The notes beneath the pieces are model-generated. The model was not told the DNA's origin. It ran no database searches and was given only the letters and a program-made list of their open reading frames with translations. The position numbers were made by a program, and so were the translations under genes. DNA of 63,436 nt, the filler included, from Basidiobolus ranarum (lineage: Eukaryota): NCBI GenBank assembly GCA_040143965.1. It is 46 parts of 46 records of this genome, joined end to end, with 100 filler letters (N's around TTAATTAATTAA, not from the genome) between each part and the next. Parts side by side here need not be neighbours in the genome. Positions count along the whole stretch, not along the records: positions 48,389 to 49,666 come from JASJQH010012594.1; positions 49,767 to 51,044 come from JASJQH010012595.1; positions 51,145 to 52,422 come from JASJQH010012596.1; positions 52,523 to 53,800 come from JASJQH010012597.1; positions 53,901 to 55,178 come from JASJQH010012598.1; positions 55,279 to 56,555 come from JASJQH010012599.1; positions 56,656 to 57,932 come from JASJQH010012600.1; positions 58,033 to 59,308 come from JASJQH010012601.1; 38 more parts are not named here. The stretch is one strand, 5' to 3'. Shown piece by piece: positions 48,389 through 59,665 of this stretch. Every line of letters starts with the position of its first letter. Position 1 is the first letter of the stretch.

Positions 48389-49666
48389 CTTGGTGTCTCC
48401 CTGGATGTGGCCCACTAAACCAATTGATATTTCCTTCCAAATCTGTCGAAGCCTGGAACTTGACACAGTGGGCTTAGTACTTGCCAGTATAGAATAGCCT
48501 TTGGTTGTTTTGGGCCTGTTAATTCTGACTGGAAATATGTCAAGAATACTTCTGATATGAACTCTATTGGAAAATACTCCAGGAAATACAAGGAAATTTG
48601 AGTCTCTAAATCTTTTGTTGCAGGCACCTTCAACATCATTCATCACTGAAGCTAGATAATTCTCACTTACTCAAAGCCTAGTATGGAAGCTTCTCCCACT
48701 TTTGCTACAATTGATAAAGCACTGAAATCTGATTGGACAAAAGTTTTTGTGGTAACAAAACAAATCAACTAGCTGCTTTCTGGTAGGTATTGGAGTATAT
48801 GAGCCACAGTATTTCTCAAATATTGCTTCTAGGGAGGTGATAGGAAAGCCAGTAGTTGCTAATGGATTAATGAGGAATGACCATTTAAAGTAGATGGAGA
48901 CCTGGATATCAAACTTGTATTGATCTGGCACAATACTGACCAATCTGGCATGTGCAAGTTATTAATCTAAGAATTTCAATTATTATGGTAAAATTTGCTA
49001 TATTCTGTATAATAAAACTTCCGATTGCACTTATTATCCTAATTACTTCAATTATGTGTAATTGCATGGTAATTATATAATAAACTGCATCAGCAAAGTA
49101 AATCATAGTTTGATCTGAATCAATTTATTTAGCACACATATTGAAACAGCTCAAAGCAGAATTCATTGTGCTTGATCATGCTATAGGAAATTAACTTTGA
49201 CATTGTAACCAATAATATAAAAGGATCCCTAATTCTGATTGAAACAAATAAAGTCTAACATCATAGATATATATGATAGTTGTGTATTGTGTCAAAACAG
49301 ATTCTTCCTGATTCACAACCTACTTTGGTAAAGGAAACCACCACTTCAAAAATTTCATGCACGCAGTCAAATGAAGGTGGGGTGGCGCAAAGCAGTGCAT
49401 CCCTAATGATTTTACAGATGCTCAGGTATCCACTATGAATTCTTGCTTGGATATATGGGAGTTATTGATAATCTTGACAGAAGCTGGGGAAGAGGGCATT
49501 AGACAAAAGTGGAAGCAACTTTTGACTATGCTTTGGAGAGAATACTATATCTTGATGCCTTCAGAAGTCTGTAAGAAAATATACAATAAGACTCATGAGA
49601 ATAGAAAACGTGAATTGAGAAATAGGAATTTCAATTTTGAGTCTACAAAGACACAACTCCAATTGT
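48389..49666 (+). repeat. Unclassified CpG-decayed repeat with a relic ORF
   Basis: ~49290-49660 aligns with the reverse of ~60200-60570 (DFTDAQ.STM.SC...IRQKWKQLLT.LWRE...CKK.YNKTH). Confidence 0.6.
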
Positions 49667-50098
49667 NNNNNNNNNNNNNNNNNNNNNNNNNNNNNNNNNN
49701 NNNNNNNNNNTTAATTAATTAANNNNNNNNNNNNNNNNNNNNNNNNNNNNNNNNNNNNNNNNNNNNATTGAAACCACAAGTTTCTCTAGGAATGATAATA
49801 ACAATGCAATGTCCAACTTTCTGTTGAAGAAATGATTGATGCCTTGACAAAAGAATATGCTGGTATCAATGTTCTTTGATCTTGATCAAGTACTAAAGCT
49901 TCTTTGATTAAAAACAACTGTAAACCCAACAAGTAGTGGCTTGAGAAGGATGCACTGAGAGCAATTATCCAGAGGTGGAAGGTACCTTTGCCTTAGTAGG
50001 GAAGCTTGGGATAGATAGGTAATAAGAGGGAAGCCAACCTTGGGGGTTTCAAGGTGGGAGAACAGGACATGGAGAGAGGACTACAGGCACATGTAAGT

Positions 50099-50109
50099 AG
50101 TCTGATCAA
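50099..50109 (-). promoter_or_regulatory. Putative self-priming primer-binding site TTGATCAGACT
   Basis: Lies 2 nt downstream of the LTR, lacks the TGG of a tRNA PBS, and is complementary to the predicted transcript 5' end inside the LTR. Confidence 0.6.
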
Positions 50110-50111
50110 AC

Positions 50112-50644
50112 TGTTACAATAAGTAACTGGACAAGGACTGGAAGCAACAACAAGAGGCTAGAAGGCAGGAGAGTACTTGGGTGTAGACCACAAGGCAAGA
50201 CAAGACAAGACTGGACAGGTAAGATACTTTGGCCAGAGTCTTTATTGATAACTGGCATTGAGCAGACTGAGGTCTGATCAAGGAAAACAGGGAGCTTATA
50301 ATAATTGTTGGGTGAAACATAATATACTGAATAGGGAATATACTATGGCAAGTTCAAGTGTAGGGGTGTTGGGGACTACAAGGACCAATACAAAGAGGTA
50401 TGATGTAAGGATGATCAGGTTACCTTCCATGAAGGGTCTTGGTGGAAATATACTATGTGTGGGATAACATGATTGGTTAGGTTTCATGGAATGTTCCAAA
50501 GAACATAACTTCCATACAAGGTAATCTGGGCATGCTAGCATAGGATTGCCAAGTAAGGATGGTACAGCAGATGTGATGTCATAATCTAATAATAGGAAAG
50601 TTCCATTTGCAGTGAAGAGGTATGCTAAGATTGGAATCATGACA
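50112..50644 (-). repeat. Full LTR of family B (533 bp, TGTCA...TAACA)
   Basis: TG...CA ends, AATAAA inside, second copy at 5547-5985. Confidence 0.88.
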
Positions 50645-50646
50645 TG

Positions 50647-51044
50647 TCTTATTAGAAATTCAAGAATTGTTACTGTAGGAAAACTGTCACAAGTTTAATC
50701 CCTTTTGGATTGACTGTTTACTTATCATCATAAAATTGTCAAGTTAGATTTGATTTTAATCAATTTTCTCAGTTTCAGGAGTGAAATTTTAAGATCTTGC
50801 AAAATAGTTGTACATAATTGGCTACAATCTCAGAGAGCAATGGATCAACACATGTGCAAAAAACATAACTGAAATTTAACACATTTACCACTTGAACACT
50901 AATTTGTCACCTTTGAGATACCTAGTTTCTTTGATCCCTAACAGAAATTTGAGGATTGTTATCGTAGGAAAACCGTCACAATTTTAATCCATTTGGGATT
51001 GACCGTTTACTTACCGTCATAAAATCGTCAAGTTAGATTTGATT
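50647..51044. mobile_element. Old CACTA-like terminus B with a younger terminus B nested at 50936
   Basis: CCCTAACAGAAATTTGAGG at 50936 retains five CpGs that are TG/CA in the older copy. Confidence 0.88.
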
Positions 51045-51144
51045 NNNNNNNNNNNNNNNNNNNNNNNNNNNNNNNNNNNNNNNNNNNNTTAATTAATTAA
51101 NNNNNNNNNNNNNNNNNNNNNNNNNNNNNNNNNNNNNNNNNNNN

Positions 51145-51388
51145 CTTACCTTATATGTAGATGCTGTGATTATAGCTACCAATAACAATGAAGCTCTCAG
51201 GAACACCAAAAGAGATCTATCAGTCAAATTCAAGATGTCCAATTAGGTGAACTTGTATATTTTTTGAGCCTGCCGATTCATATAGATTTATTAAGCAAAT
51301 CTATTACTCTAATATGACACCTGAAAGCCCTGAGTTCCCTTATCCATCTATAGTAGGTAGTTTGATCTATGCTATGACTGGAACCTGG
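51145..51388 (+). mobile_element. Copia RT fragment with internal deletion
   Basis: LYVD..I.ATN...DLSVKFKM; FPYPSIVGSLIYAMTGT. Confidence 0.85.
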
Positions 51389-52422
51389 TGTAGTTGTTTT
51401 AGGGTGTAAGCAGTGACTATAAGCAGCAACTATAACTGCAATATCCTAAGGGTTTTTTGAAGTGTCCAGAGTGGGCAATAACCATGGTTGAATAACTCTG
51501 AGATGTACTGTAATATGGGTCTGTCTCTTGCCTCTTGGGTCTTTATGAAAGGGAATTAAGCCTCTAAATAAGTCTAAGGAGTGATAAACCGCAATGCAAT
51601 GTCCAGCTTTCTGTTAAATAATATGCTGATGCCTGACAAAAGAATATACTGGCTTCAACATCCTTTGAGAATGATCAGATAAAGTGGGTATATCCAATCA
51701 AAAACCACTGTAAACTCAGCCAGCAGGGTCTTGAACAAGGATGCACTAGTAGTGATTTATCCAAGGACATGAAAAGTTCCTTGCCTATGCAGACAAAGCT
51801 AGAGAAAAAAATATAAGGTATCAAATATATAACACTTACCTGTCAGTACTTCCTTTGAGCTGTTCAAGTCCTTTCTAGTCACATAGTAGCCTGTAAGTGT
51901 CTCTAGTAGTCTCTCTTGAGCTTTCTCTTCAAAGGTCTCAATAGTGGTGATGAAAATAAGGGGTGATCACAAGTAGTGATTGCTAGTTGAAAACCAGGGT
52001 GATTTTTATTTGACAAGATGTGGCTCCTATTTATACTGTTCTGAAGGTAGATATGTTTACAAATAAGAATTTCTGGAAAGTTCCAAAGATTTCTATTAGT
52101 GGAGATCTGTGTTAGGATATCATCATAAATCATAAGATTGGTAATCCATGGAACACTCCAGAAGATTGTAGAATAATCCTGTAAGTCATGGAATGTTCAG
52201 GCAAAATCAAGTTTTGATTGGTCAAAACTCAATCAATCATCAAATATTCCAAGAATCTTGTGGAATGTTACAGAAAATTGTAACATTTTCCAGAAAATAA
52301 CAGGGCTAATGTGGGTTAATACTGATAAATCTGAAATAATAGGGGATAATACTAATGGTGGGATACAATTGGCTAGAAAATATGTGTAAGTCAAATATGA
52401 ATAATAAAATAGAAATTTTGCA
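51389..52422 (-). repeat. Long LTR-like repeat, family C (other end at 59665; ~1.1 kb reconstructed)
   Basis: Sharp TGTAGT boundary at 51389; ~52237-52422 overlaps 59409-59592, which runs to ACTACA at 59665; TATAAATA on the minus strand at ~52030. Confidence 0.6.
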
Positions 52423-52944
52423 NNNNNNNNNNNNNNNNNNNNNNNNNNNNNNNNNNNNNNNNNNNNTTAATTAATTAANNNNNNNNNNNNNNNNNNNNNN
52501 NNNNNNNNNNNNNNNNNNNNNNTATATGTACCCAGTGTAACAATAGAGCTCTTGAGCCCGCATATCATGAACAATGTTGAAATGACTCCTTGGACGGGTG
52601 GTACTACTCTCTCTGATGCTGGTTAGGCTTGAACCTACGATGACTGGGGGCAGAACAACAAAGCGTTTTTAGGCATCAGTCTCAGGAAACCTATAATTGT
52701 GCTCAGGTGAGCTAGAAGAATTTAACTATCTAAATACACATTCCAGCCACTCAAATGGTATTGTGATCCCGAACCAGTCTTAGTGATATATATTAAAAAT
52801 ATCCGAACAACCACTCTTGTTGCTTTCCTATCACCCGCCACGATTCACATGCAACCTTAATACATCCAAATGAAGTTCCAATACATATATGTTGAGTCAA
52901 GAAAGCTTGTTTATTAGTTGAACAATAATGACCAATAATAATCT

Positions 52945-53799
52945 CTACTTCGAGGGAGCAAATCCAATCTGTTTCTTTCCAAAGTCGAAGACAGAATAGT
53001 ATTTACGCAAAAAGGGCTCTCCTAAGATAATCACGGGCCTATCATAATCAACGGCGCGAAATCCGGAGATGCAGAGTCCATCTCCACGAATAATATAGTC
53101 ATTCGATACGAGTGGGAAGTTTATCCCATTAAAACTGAAATTGATTGTAGGGAGTTGTTTATCACATTGAACAATGAACTTCCCATCATCAGTATACTGT
53201 GCTCCCAAAGAAGCATGCAGTTCGATGGCGTCCTTGGTAGGGAGGTTTATCAACGTAGTTCCAGTATCGACAGCGGCTGTGCTGACAGAGAGGGGAATCT
53301 TCTTGTCTCCTATTGTGATTGCGTCCACTTTGATTTCCCAGAATTCTTGCCGTACTACTGGGGTGTACTTGATTGTTCCAGTAAAATGACTGTCGTCTAC
53401 TCCACCTATGGCAAGCTCACCTCCTAATGGATATTTTCCTAACCAAAAGGAAAATACAGGTTCGCTTATGGATTTGTCATTGGCAATGTTGTAGAACAAC
53501 GGTGGTTGCTCCGTCTTGCTTAACCCTTGAAATCCAAGTCCGAGCATTCCATCTGCTGCAATATACTCAAAGCCGTCATCTTCAGCTGTCGCTTGACCAA
53601 AACCCTGTTTCGAGATTCGTAGACCCCCAATATTCACCACATCTTCGGAGATAGTACCATTTACCAAATATTCGGCATATTGAGTGGTGAAGTTCCTACC
53701 GATATTCTTGTGAGTGTTCGATAAAGATGGATCGTAACGATTTTGGTTCAGACAAGCAACTCCATGGCTAGAAACGGATGGATTCCATAGTTCGTCACT
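52945..53799 (-). CDS. Pepsin-like (A1) aspartic protease (5' partial)
   Basis: Frame is open to the contig edge (SDELWNPS...). DGMLGLGF, FSFWL, AAVDTGTT, ILGEPFLRKYYSVFD...IGFA. Confidence 0.96.
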   Translation of the reverse strand, partial: SDELWNPSVSSHGVACLNQNRYDPSLSNTHKNIGRNFTTQYAEYLVNGTISEDVVNIGGLRISKQGFGQATAEDDGFEYIAADGMLGLGFQGLSKTEQPPLFYNIANDKSISEPVFSFWLGKYPLGGELAIGGVDDSHFTGTIKYTPVVRQEFWEIKVDAITIGDKKIPLSVSTAAVDTGTTLINLPTKDAIELHASLGAQYTDDGKFIVQCDKQLPTINFSFNGINFPLVSNDYIIRGDGLCISGFRAVDYDRPVIILGEPFLRKYYSVFDFGKKQIGFAPSK

Positions 53800-53900
53800 T
53801 NNNNNNNNNNNNNNNNNNNNNNNNNNNNNNNNNNNNNNNNNNNNTTAATTAATTAANNNNNNNNNNNNNNNNNNNNNNNNNNNNNNNNNNNNNNNNNNNN

Positions 53901-55178
53901 GGTTTAGTGATGCAGATTGGGGATGTGATATTGAGGACAGAAGATCTATCACTGGATATACCTTTCTCTATAGTAAAGCAGCCATATCTTGGAATAGCAA
54001 GAAACAACCCACCATAGCACTTTCAACAACTGAAGCAGAGTACATGGCAGCATCACATACAACAAAGGAGGCTATGTGGTTAAGGAAACTGTTCAAAGAC
54101 TTGGGCATTATTCAAAGTTCACCCACCATAATTTTCAAGGATAATCAAAGTTGTATTTCTTTAGCTAAAAATCCCAAATTTCATGCTAGAAGTAAGCACA
54201 TTGATATTCAAAATCACTTTGTTAGGGAAGCTATTGAGAATAAGCACATCCAACTACAGTACTATCCAACTGAGGACATGATTGCTGACATTCTTACCAA
54301 ACCATTACCCAAGCCTAAATTTGAAGAATTAAGATTTAAGTTAGGGTTAAGATATATGAATATTTAGTTGAGTAGGAGTTTTGAAGTTTATTGTCTTTAT
54401 CATATTTATTATCTCTATCTTTATACACCTAACTATTCCATATATCACATATAAGTTAGTTAACATTACTTAGTCAAATAGCACTTAGCTGAAAATCAGA
54501 ACATATATTATATATATATGTGAATAATATGAGAATTAGCATTTCCATATTGGAAATTTCAAACTTGTCCAAATTGCCCCAAAGATAGCTCATTCTACTC
54601 CCACAGATGTTCTGAACACAACCCCAGTGTTAGTTTGCTGTATTTCCACCAAAAAGTATAAATGCTTTATTTCTGGACAATAAACAATTATCTCACAAAG
54701 CTATTCACAACTCCACTTTTCTTAAGTTCCTCCAAACAGCCCATATTTTCCCATTAGGTTATGCACCCTGTGTTGTAACCTTTACAGCTTGACAGAAACC
54801 ACTACTACCACTTTTATTAACTCAAGTGTTGAAAAGCTTGATGGAAAATATTACAATTTCTGGAAGTTCAAGATGCAAATCATGCTGGAAGACTGAGAGC
54901 TTTGGGATGTAGTCTCTGGAGATGAAAAGAAACCTTCTGACCCTTCTTTATTGGAAGCCCACAAGAACAGAGACAAGAAGGCTTTAATGTCATTTATCAA
55001 AGTTTGAAGGATTCACAAGTTGTGAATATTCAATATGCAAAGACTTCCCATCAAGCTTGGATTATATTGGAAGAATGTTATGAAGCAAAGAGTCTAGCTA
55101 AAAGACTCTTTCTCAGACAAAAATTCAGCAATATAATGATGGAAAAGTCTGAAAGCATGGTTACTCATATTGCAAATG
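53901..55178 (+). mobile_element. Copia family 1 junction: RNase H (to 54367), PPT, single LTR (54379-54756), PBS, gag
   Basis: SDADW...ALSTTEAEY...KHIDI..HFVRE...ADILTKPL*; LTR; GGTTATGCACCC; EKLDGKYYNFWKFKM. Confidence 0.95.
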
Positions 55179-56728
55179 NNNNNNNNNNNNNNNNNNNNNN
55201 NNNNNNNNNNNNNNNNNNNNNNTTAATTAATTAANNNNNNNNNNNNNNNNNNNNNNNNNNNNNNNNNNNNNNNNNNNNAATTGAGCGCACATTTTTCTAT
55301 CGCCTATGCTGCAGAAACTCAGGAGTGTTCTTTCACAGCTGATATTCAAAACCTGCTCTGTCGGTAATACAACTACAAAAAGCACACCATTATCTTCCTT
55401 GATGCGCAATCCGATGCCCCAAATGATATTGGGACGTTGGTTAGCGACAATGGCTACTACCTTATCTCCGACTTTACTACTATCTAATCCCAATAATTGA
55501 CCATCTGAGTAATTGATGAACCAGCAATTCGTAACTACTTCAAGTTCATATATAGTGTAACTTCAATCCAGGAGAGCTCACCAAACTTAAACCTATACAC
55601 AATTAGTATTACTGATGTGCTTGAATGAACAATGATATCCAAAACATTGTGGTTGTTAAGCTCACAATACTGACAAAGTATAGAACATTCCTGTATGCTC
55701 CGGAAAACATCCCATGGCAAATCTATAGGTTGCTACGTTTTGGTGAAAATTGCAATGTATGCACATTTGCTATGGCCAGTCATGTGAAGTACTAAAGATT
55801 CCTCAACTATTGCGTTTGACACAGTGACCAGTTGATTAGATGAGACTTGTGATCAGAGTATACCGCTAAGTGATAGTGTGGGCTAAACAGATACCACAAA
55901 AGGTATTGCAAGCGGATTTAATCGTCATCTTACCTTATAATCGCTGTTAGTTCGATTCAGCAAATGTTAATTGTATAAATTGACTTAATTTGAGCCATCA
56001 TATCCTAGGAAAATGCCTTTCAAATTCGTCAAGGGATCTGGTTTCACTATTAATAATGTAAGATTACATTTGAGCTTGGAGTAAGCTTTGATCTCCGTTA
56101 TATATATATCGCTAGTTTGTTTGAGAGATATGCAATAGTTGTGCTATACTCACTTGTCGAATCCATTCTTGGCTAGAGTCAATCCTATCCAGTTTCATGG
56201 TTAAAGATAGCTGTAGGAATGTTACAATCTATTCATAGACCTAAAACAGTGTTCGACTGTTTTGGCAAATGATGGCTTTTCATTTAAATTGAATCTACTT
56301 ATGAAGTTTGAAATACCTGTTTGATAGCCTAGACATATGGAAGAAAAAAACATCTGATTAATGCACACAGTATCACCTGGGCGATATCCGACAAGCCCAA
56401 TGGCTCTAGTTATCAAAATATGTTGATCGTCGATTGCGAATATTGCCTTGAAACTAGTATTTTCGTATTCTGGTGAGAAAAAATACCCACATAGTGTCAC
56501 AGAATAGATGTATCTGCTAGTCATAGGAGATACTTACTCAAAAGGGTATATGATCNNNNNNNNNNNNNNNNNNNNNNNNNNNNNNNNNNNNNNNNNNNNT
56601 TAATTAATTAANNNNNNNNNNNNNNNNNNNNNNNNNNNNNNNNNNNNNNNNNNNNTAACCACATATTGATAAGAATAAATATTTCCCAACCAAAAGTGCC
56701 TTATCATGGATTTTGAATGGTTGTACAG

Positions 56729-57568
56729 TGCTCACGATGCAACAAAGCCTAGTTCAAGTAAGTATTATATGGGCCTAGTGGATAAACTCAACACTCTGTG
56801 TGCTGGTTTAGATGTAGTTGTTTGCATTGAAAAACCCGAGAAATCTGGATATGTCGCCACAGATCTTGATAAGATGAGCTCTCAAGATTTAGTCACTGCA
56901 GTTACATCATTAGGGATCAAAGTTGATGCGGGTATTTGTGCTAAAAGTGATAAGAAGCCTTCTGTGACCATAGATATGGTGCTAGTCAACCTGGAAAGAA
57001 AGGGAATACAGATCCTAAATCAGGTTCGTATCCGGACAAGAGCTCAACTAGCCCGAATCAACCTGGAAAGGATAGTAGTGGAAGTAGTACCTATCTCAGT
57101 ACAAATCCAGGCAATAAAGGTAGTTCAATGGGTCATCAAAGTCCATCTGGCGGTGGAATTAGTGACAAGCATGTTGCTCCTGCCAAAAACAGTAGTCCAA
57201 ATAGTTATGAAAGTCCAAACAAGCATGGTGATTCTGGTGTCATTCCCGACAGTGGCAACAAAGGTAGCAAGGATAATGATAGCTACAAAAGTGCGGCTAC
57301 AGGCGGTGATACTGGAGGCTCTGGAAAATCAAGTAGCAACACTGGGGACTACACTAAAGGAAGCAAACCAGCATCTCAACCTTTGTGTAATGATATCTGC
57401 AACAGTCTAAGTCTTCTTGGAGTTAAGGTTGACGTTAGCATATGTCTCAGTAAGAAAAATACAGGGCCTACAGCACCAGTATTGTCAGTTAATCCGGGAT
57501 GTCCTACTCTAATTACCAATGCTAAGCTACTAGGTATTGCTCATGTTGATGTGTCTCTGTGTCACTAA
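56729..57568 (+). CDS. Ser/Gly-rich protein with four short hydrophobic Cys-containing repeats; one frameshift near 56964 (5' partial)
   Basis: Repeats LCAGLDVVVC, SLGIKVDAGIC, LLGVKVDVSIC and LLGIAHVDVSLC. The frame of ORF 57128 extends back to ~56966. Confidence 0.65.
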
Positions 57569-58032
57569 GTAAAAGTTATGGAGGTTGTTTTGCAGGTCAA
57601 AAAAATCACTATCTGCATGAGATTGAGGTTTAGGTACTAAAAGAAAAAATGAGAGACTCGAGTAATAGCTGATGTACTTTGAATATTTGAAGCAATTTGT
57701 ATGTAATAAATAGGTCTTTATGACTGTAATTGAACGTAGTGTGAATATCGGGTGGATGAGTGGGCATTTGCAATTAGAATGCACTTACTCTTTTATATAT
57801 GTGAGTATACTTGTGGAGATAATAAAACGAAACAAATTTTGGTTTCAAAAATCTCAGTTTTCTTAACACATTGAGGATTGTGTGTCTGATATTCGATGCT
57901 TTATTGCTTATTTAGAATGACTTTAGCTCCCCNNNNNNNNNNNNNNNNNNNNNNNNNNNNNNNNNNNNNNNNNNNNTTAATTAATTAANNNNNNNNNNNN
58001 NNNNNNNNNNNNNNNNNNNNNNNNNNNNNNNN

Positions 58033-58721
58033 GGAACCAAGTATCAAGTTTGGAAAATTAAAATGAAAAAGCTGCTGCAAGAAAAAGGACTTTGGGACAC
58101 TGTTGTAGGAGAAGAAAACAATGCAAAACTATCTGAAACCAAAATTTACTCCTAGTTAAAACAGAACAAAGTGCCTTTAACTCAATTTGTGTTAATGTTA
58201 AAGATAAATTGCTAATTTAATGTTCAAGGGCTAAAACTGACAAGAAGGTATGGAATGCCTTAAAAGACACCTACCAAATAAGTTCTGCTGCCAACAAGAT
58301 GTTTCCAAGAAGACAATTCTTTAACTTAAAGATGAAGCCAGGAGAAGAAATTAAATGCTAATTAATAGGGTCACTATTTTAGTGGATGAAATGTAATTCA
58401 TTGGAATACTTACCACTAATCAAGATATCATAATTACAGTCCTGAATGCCTGCCACATGAGTTTCACAGCCTAGTAATGGCTCTAGAATTAAGAACTGAA
58501 ATTTTGACCTTAGATTATGTATACAGTAGACTTCTGGATGAATATTTAAGAAAATCAGGATCCAACCAAAAGAATGAAGAAAATGCTGTAATAGGCTATG
58601 GGAAACCTTCCTACAAAGGTCAAAAGCACTTTAAGAAGAAAAGTAACACATTCTGAGATTACTGTAAAAAAACTGGCCATATAAGTAAAGATTGCTTTTA
58701 AAGAATTGCTAAAGAAGAAAA
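58033..58721 (+). mobile_element. Copia gag remnant (another family) with zinc knuckle
   Basis: YQVWKIKMKKLLQEKGLWDTV; YCKKTGHISKDC. Confidence 0.88.
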
Positions 58722-59308
58722 CCCTAACAGAAATTTGAGGATTATTATTGTAGGAAAACAATCACAATTCTAATCCATTAGGGGTTGACTGTTACTTACT
58801 GTCATAATATTGTCAAGTTGGATTTGATTTTGATCAATTTTTTCAGTTTCAGGAGTGAAATTTCAAGATCTTGCAAAATAGTAGCATATGATTGGCTACA
58901 ATCTCAGAGAACTATGGATCAACACATGTGCAAAAAATGTAACTCATATTTTACACAATTATTACTTGAATGCTAATTTGTCACCTTTGAAATCCTTAGT
59001 CTTGGAGAGCTGTGAGTTTTATTTGCTGGTATTTTGGCTTGTTGAGAGGTGCCAGGTGCTGGATAAACTTCCAAATTTAACACTCTTCCAACTGGTGTAC
59101 CTGGCTCCATGGTGAAATTAAGCTTTTTTGCCAGTATATCTGACTCTGGAAATGCAGATCTTTGTAATGGTGTGAAGAGTTTGGTAGGTGGGACAGTAGA
59201 GCCTAAACTCACTGGCTCCTTTGCTTTTCCCTTGGGTTTACTAACTTCCTGCTTCTTCAGTACTTCTTTAGCTGCTTTTCTTTCTTTTCCAAGTCAATAA
59301 TTGCATAC
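58722..59308. mobile_element. CACTA-like terminus B and internally deleted ORF2 (-)
   Basis: CCCTAACAGAAATTTGAGG; LQRSAFPESDILAKKLNFTMEPGTPVGRVLNLEV. Confidence 0.88.
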
Positions 59309-59408
59309 NNNNNNNNNNNNNNNNNNNNNNNNNNNNNNNNNNNNNNNNNNNNTTAATTAATTAANNNNNNNNNNNNNNNNNNNNNNNNNNNNNNNNNNNN
59401 NNNNNNNN

Positions 59409-59665
59409 ATCATCAAATATTCCAAGAATCTTGTGGAATATTCCGGAAGATTGTAGAATTTTCCAGAAAATAATAGGGCAAATGTGGGTTAATACTGATA
59501 AATTTGAAGTAGTAGGGGATAATTCTAATAGTGTGATATGATTGGCTAGAAAATACAGGTAAGTCAAATAAGGATAATAAAATAGAAATTGTGTAATAGT
59601 AATGATATGAGCTTGGAGTGTAAATGAGTCAATCTGCCAGTGGGTAGCAATGCTGCCCTACTACA
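59409..59665 (-). repeat. 5' end of LTR-like family C
   Basis: Overlaps 52237-52422; terminal TGTAGT on the minus strand. Confidence 0.6.

Noticed and set aside
55279-56555. Possible gene start on the minus strand at 55279-55560
   Set aside because: A ~90-codon open stretch with normal CpG exists, but I found no motif, clear start or confident splice model.
56966-57410. Val/Ile-rich second half of ORF 56706-57410 as a membrane protein
   Set aside because: It is the out-of-frame reading of the Ser/Gly-rich spacer after the frameshift.
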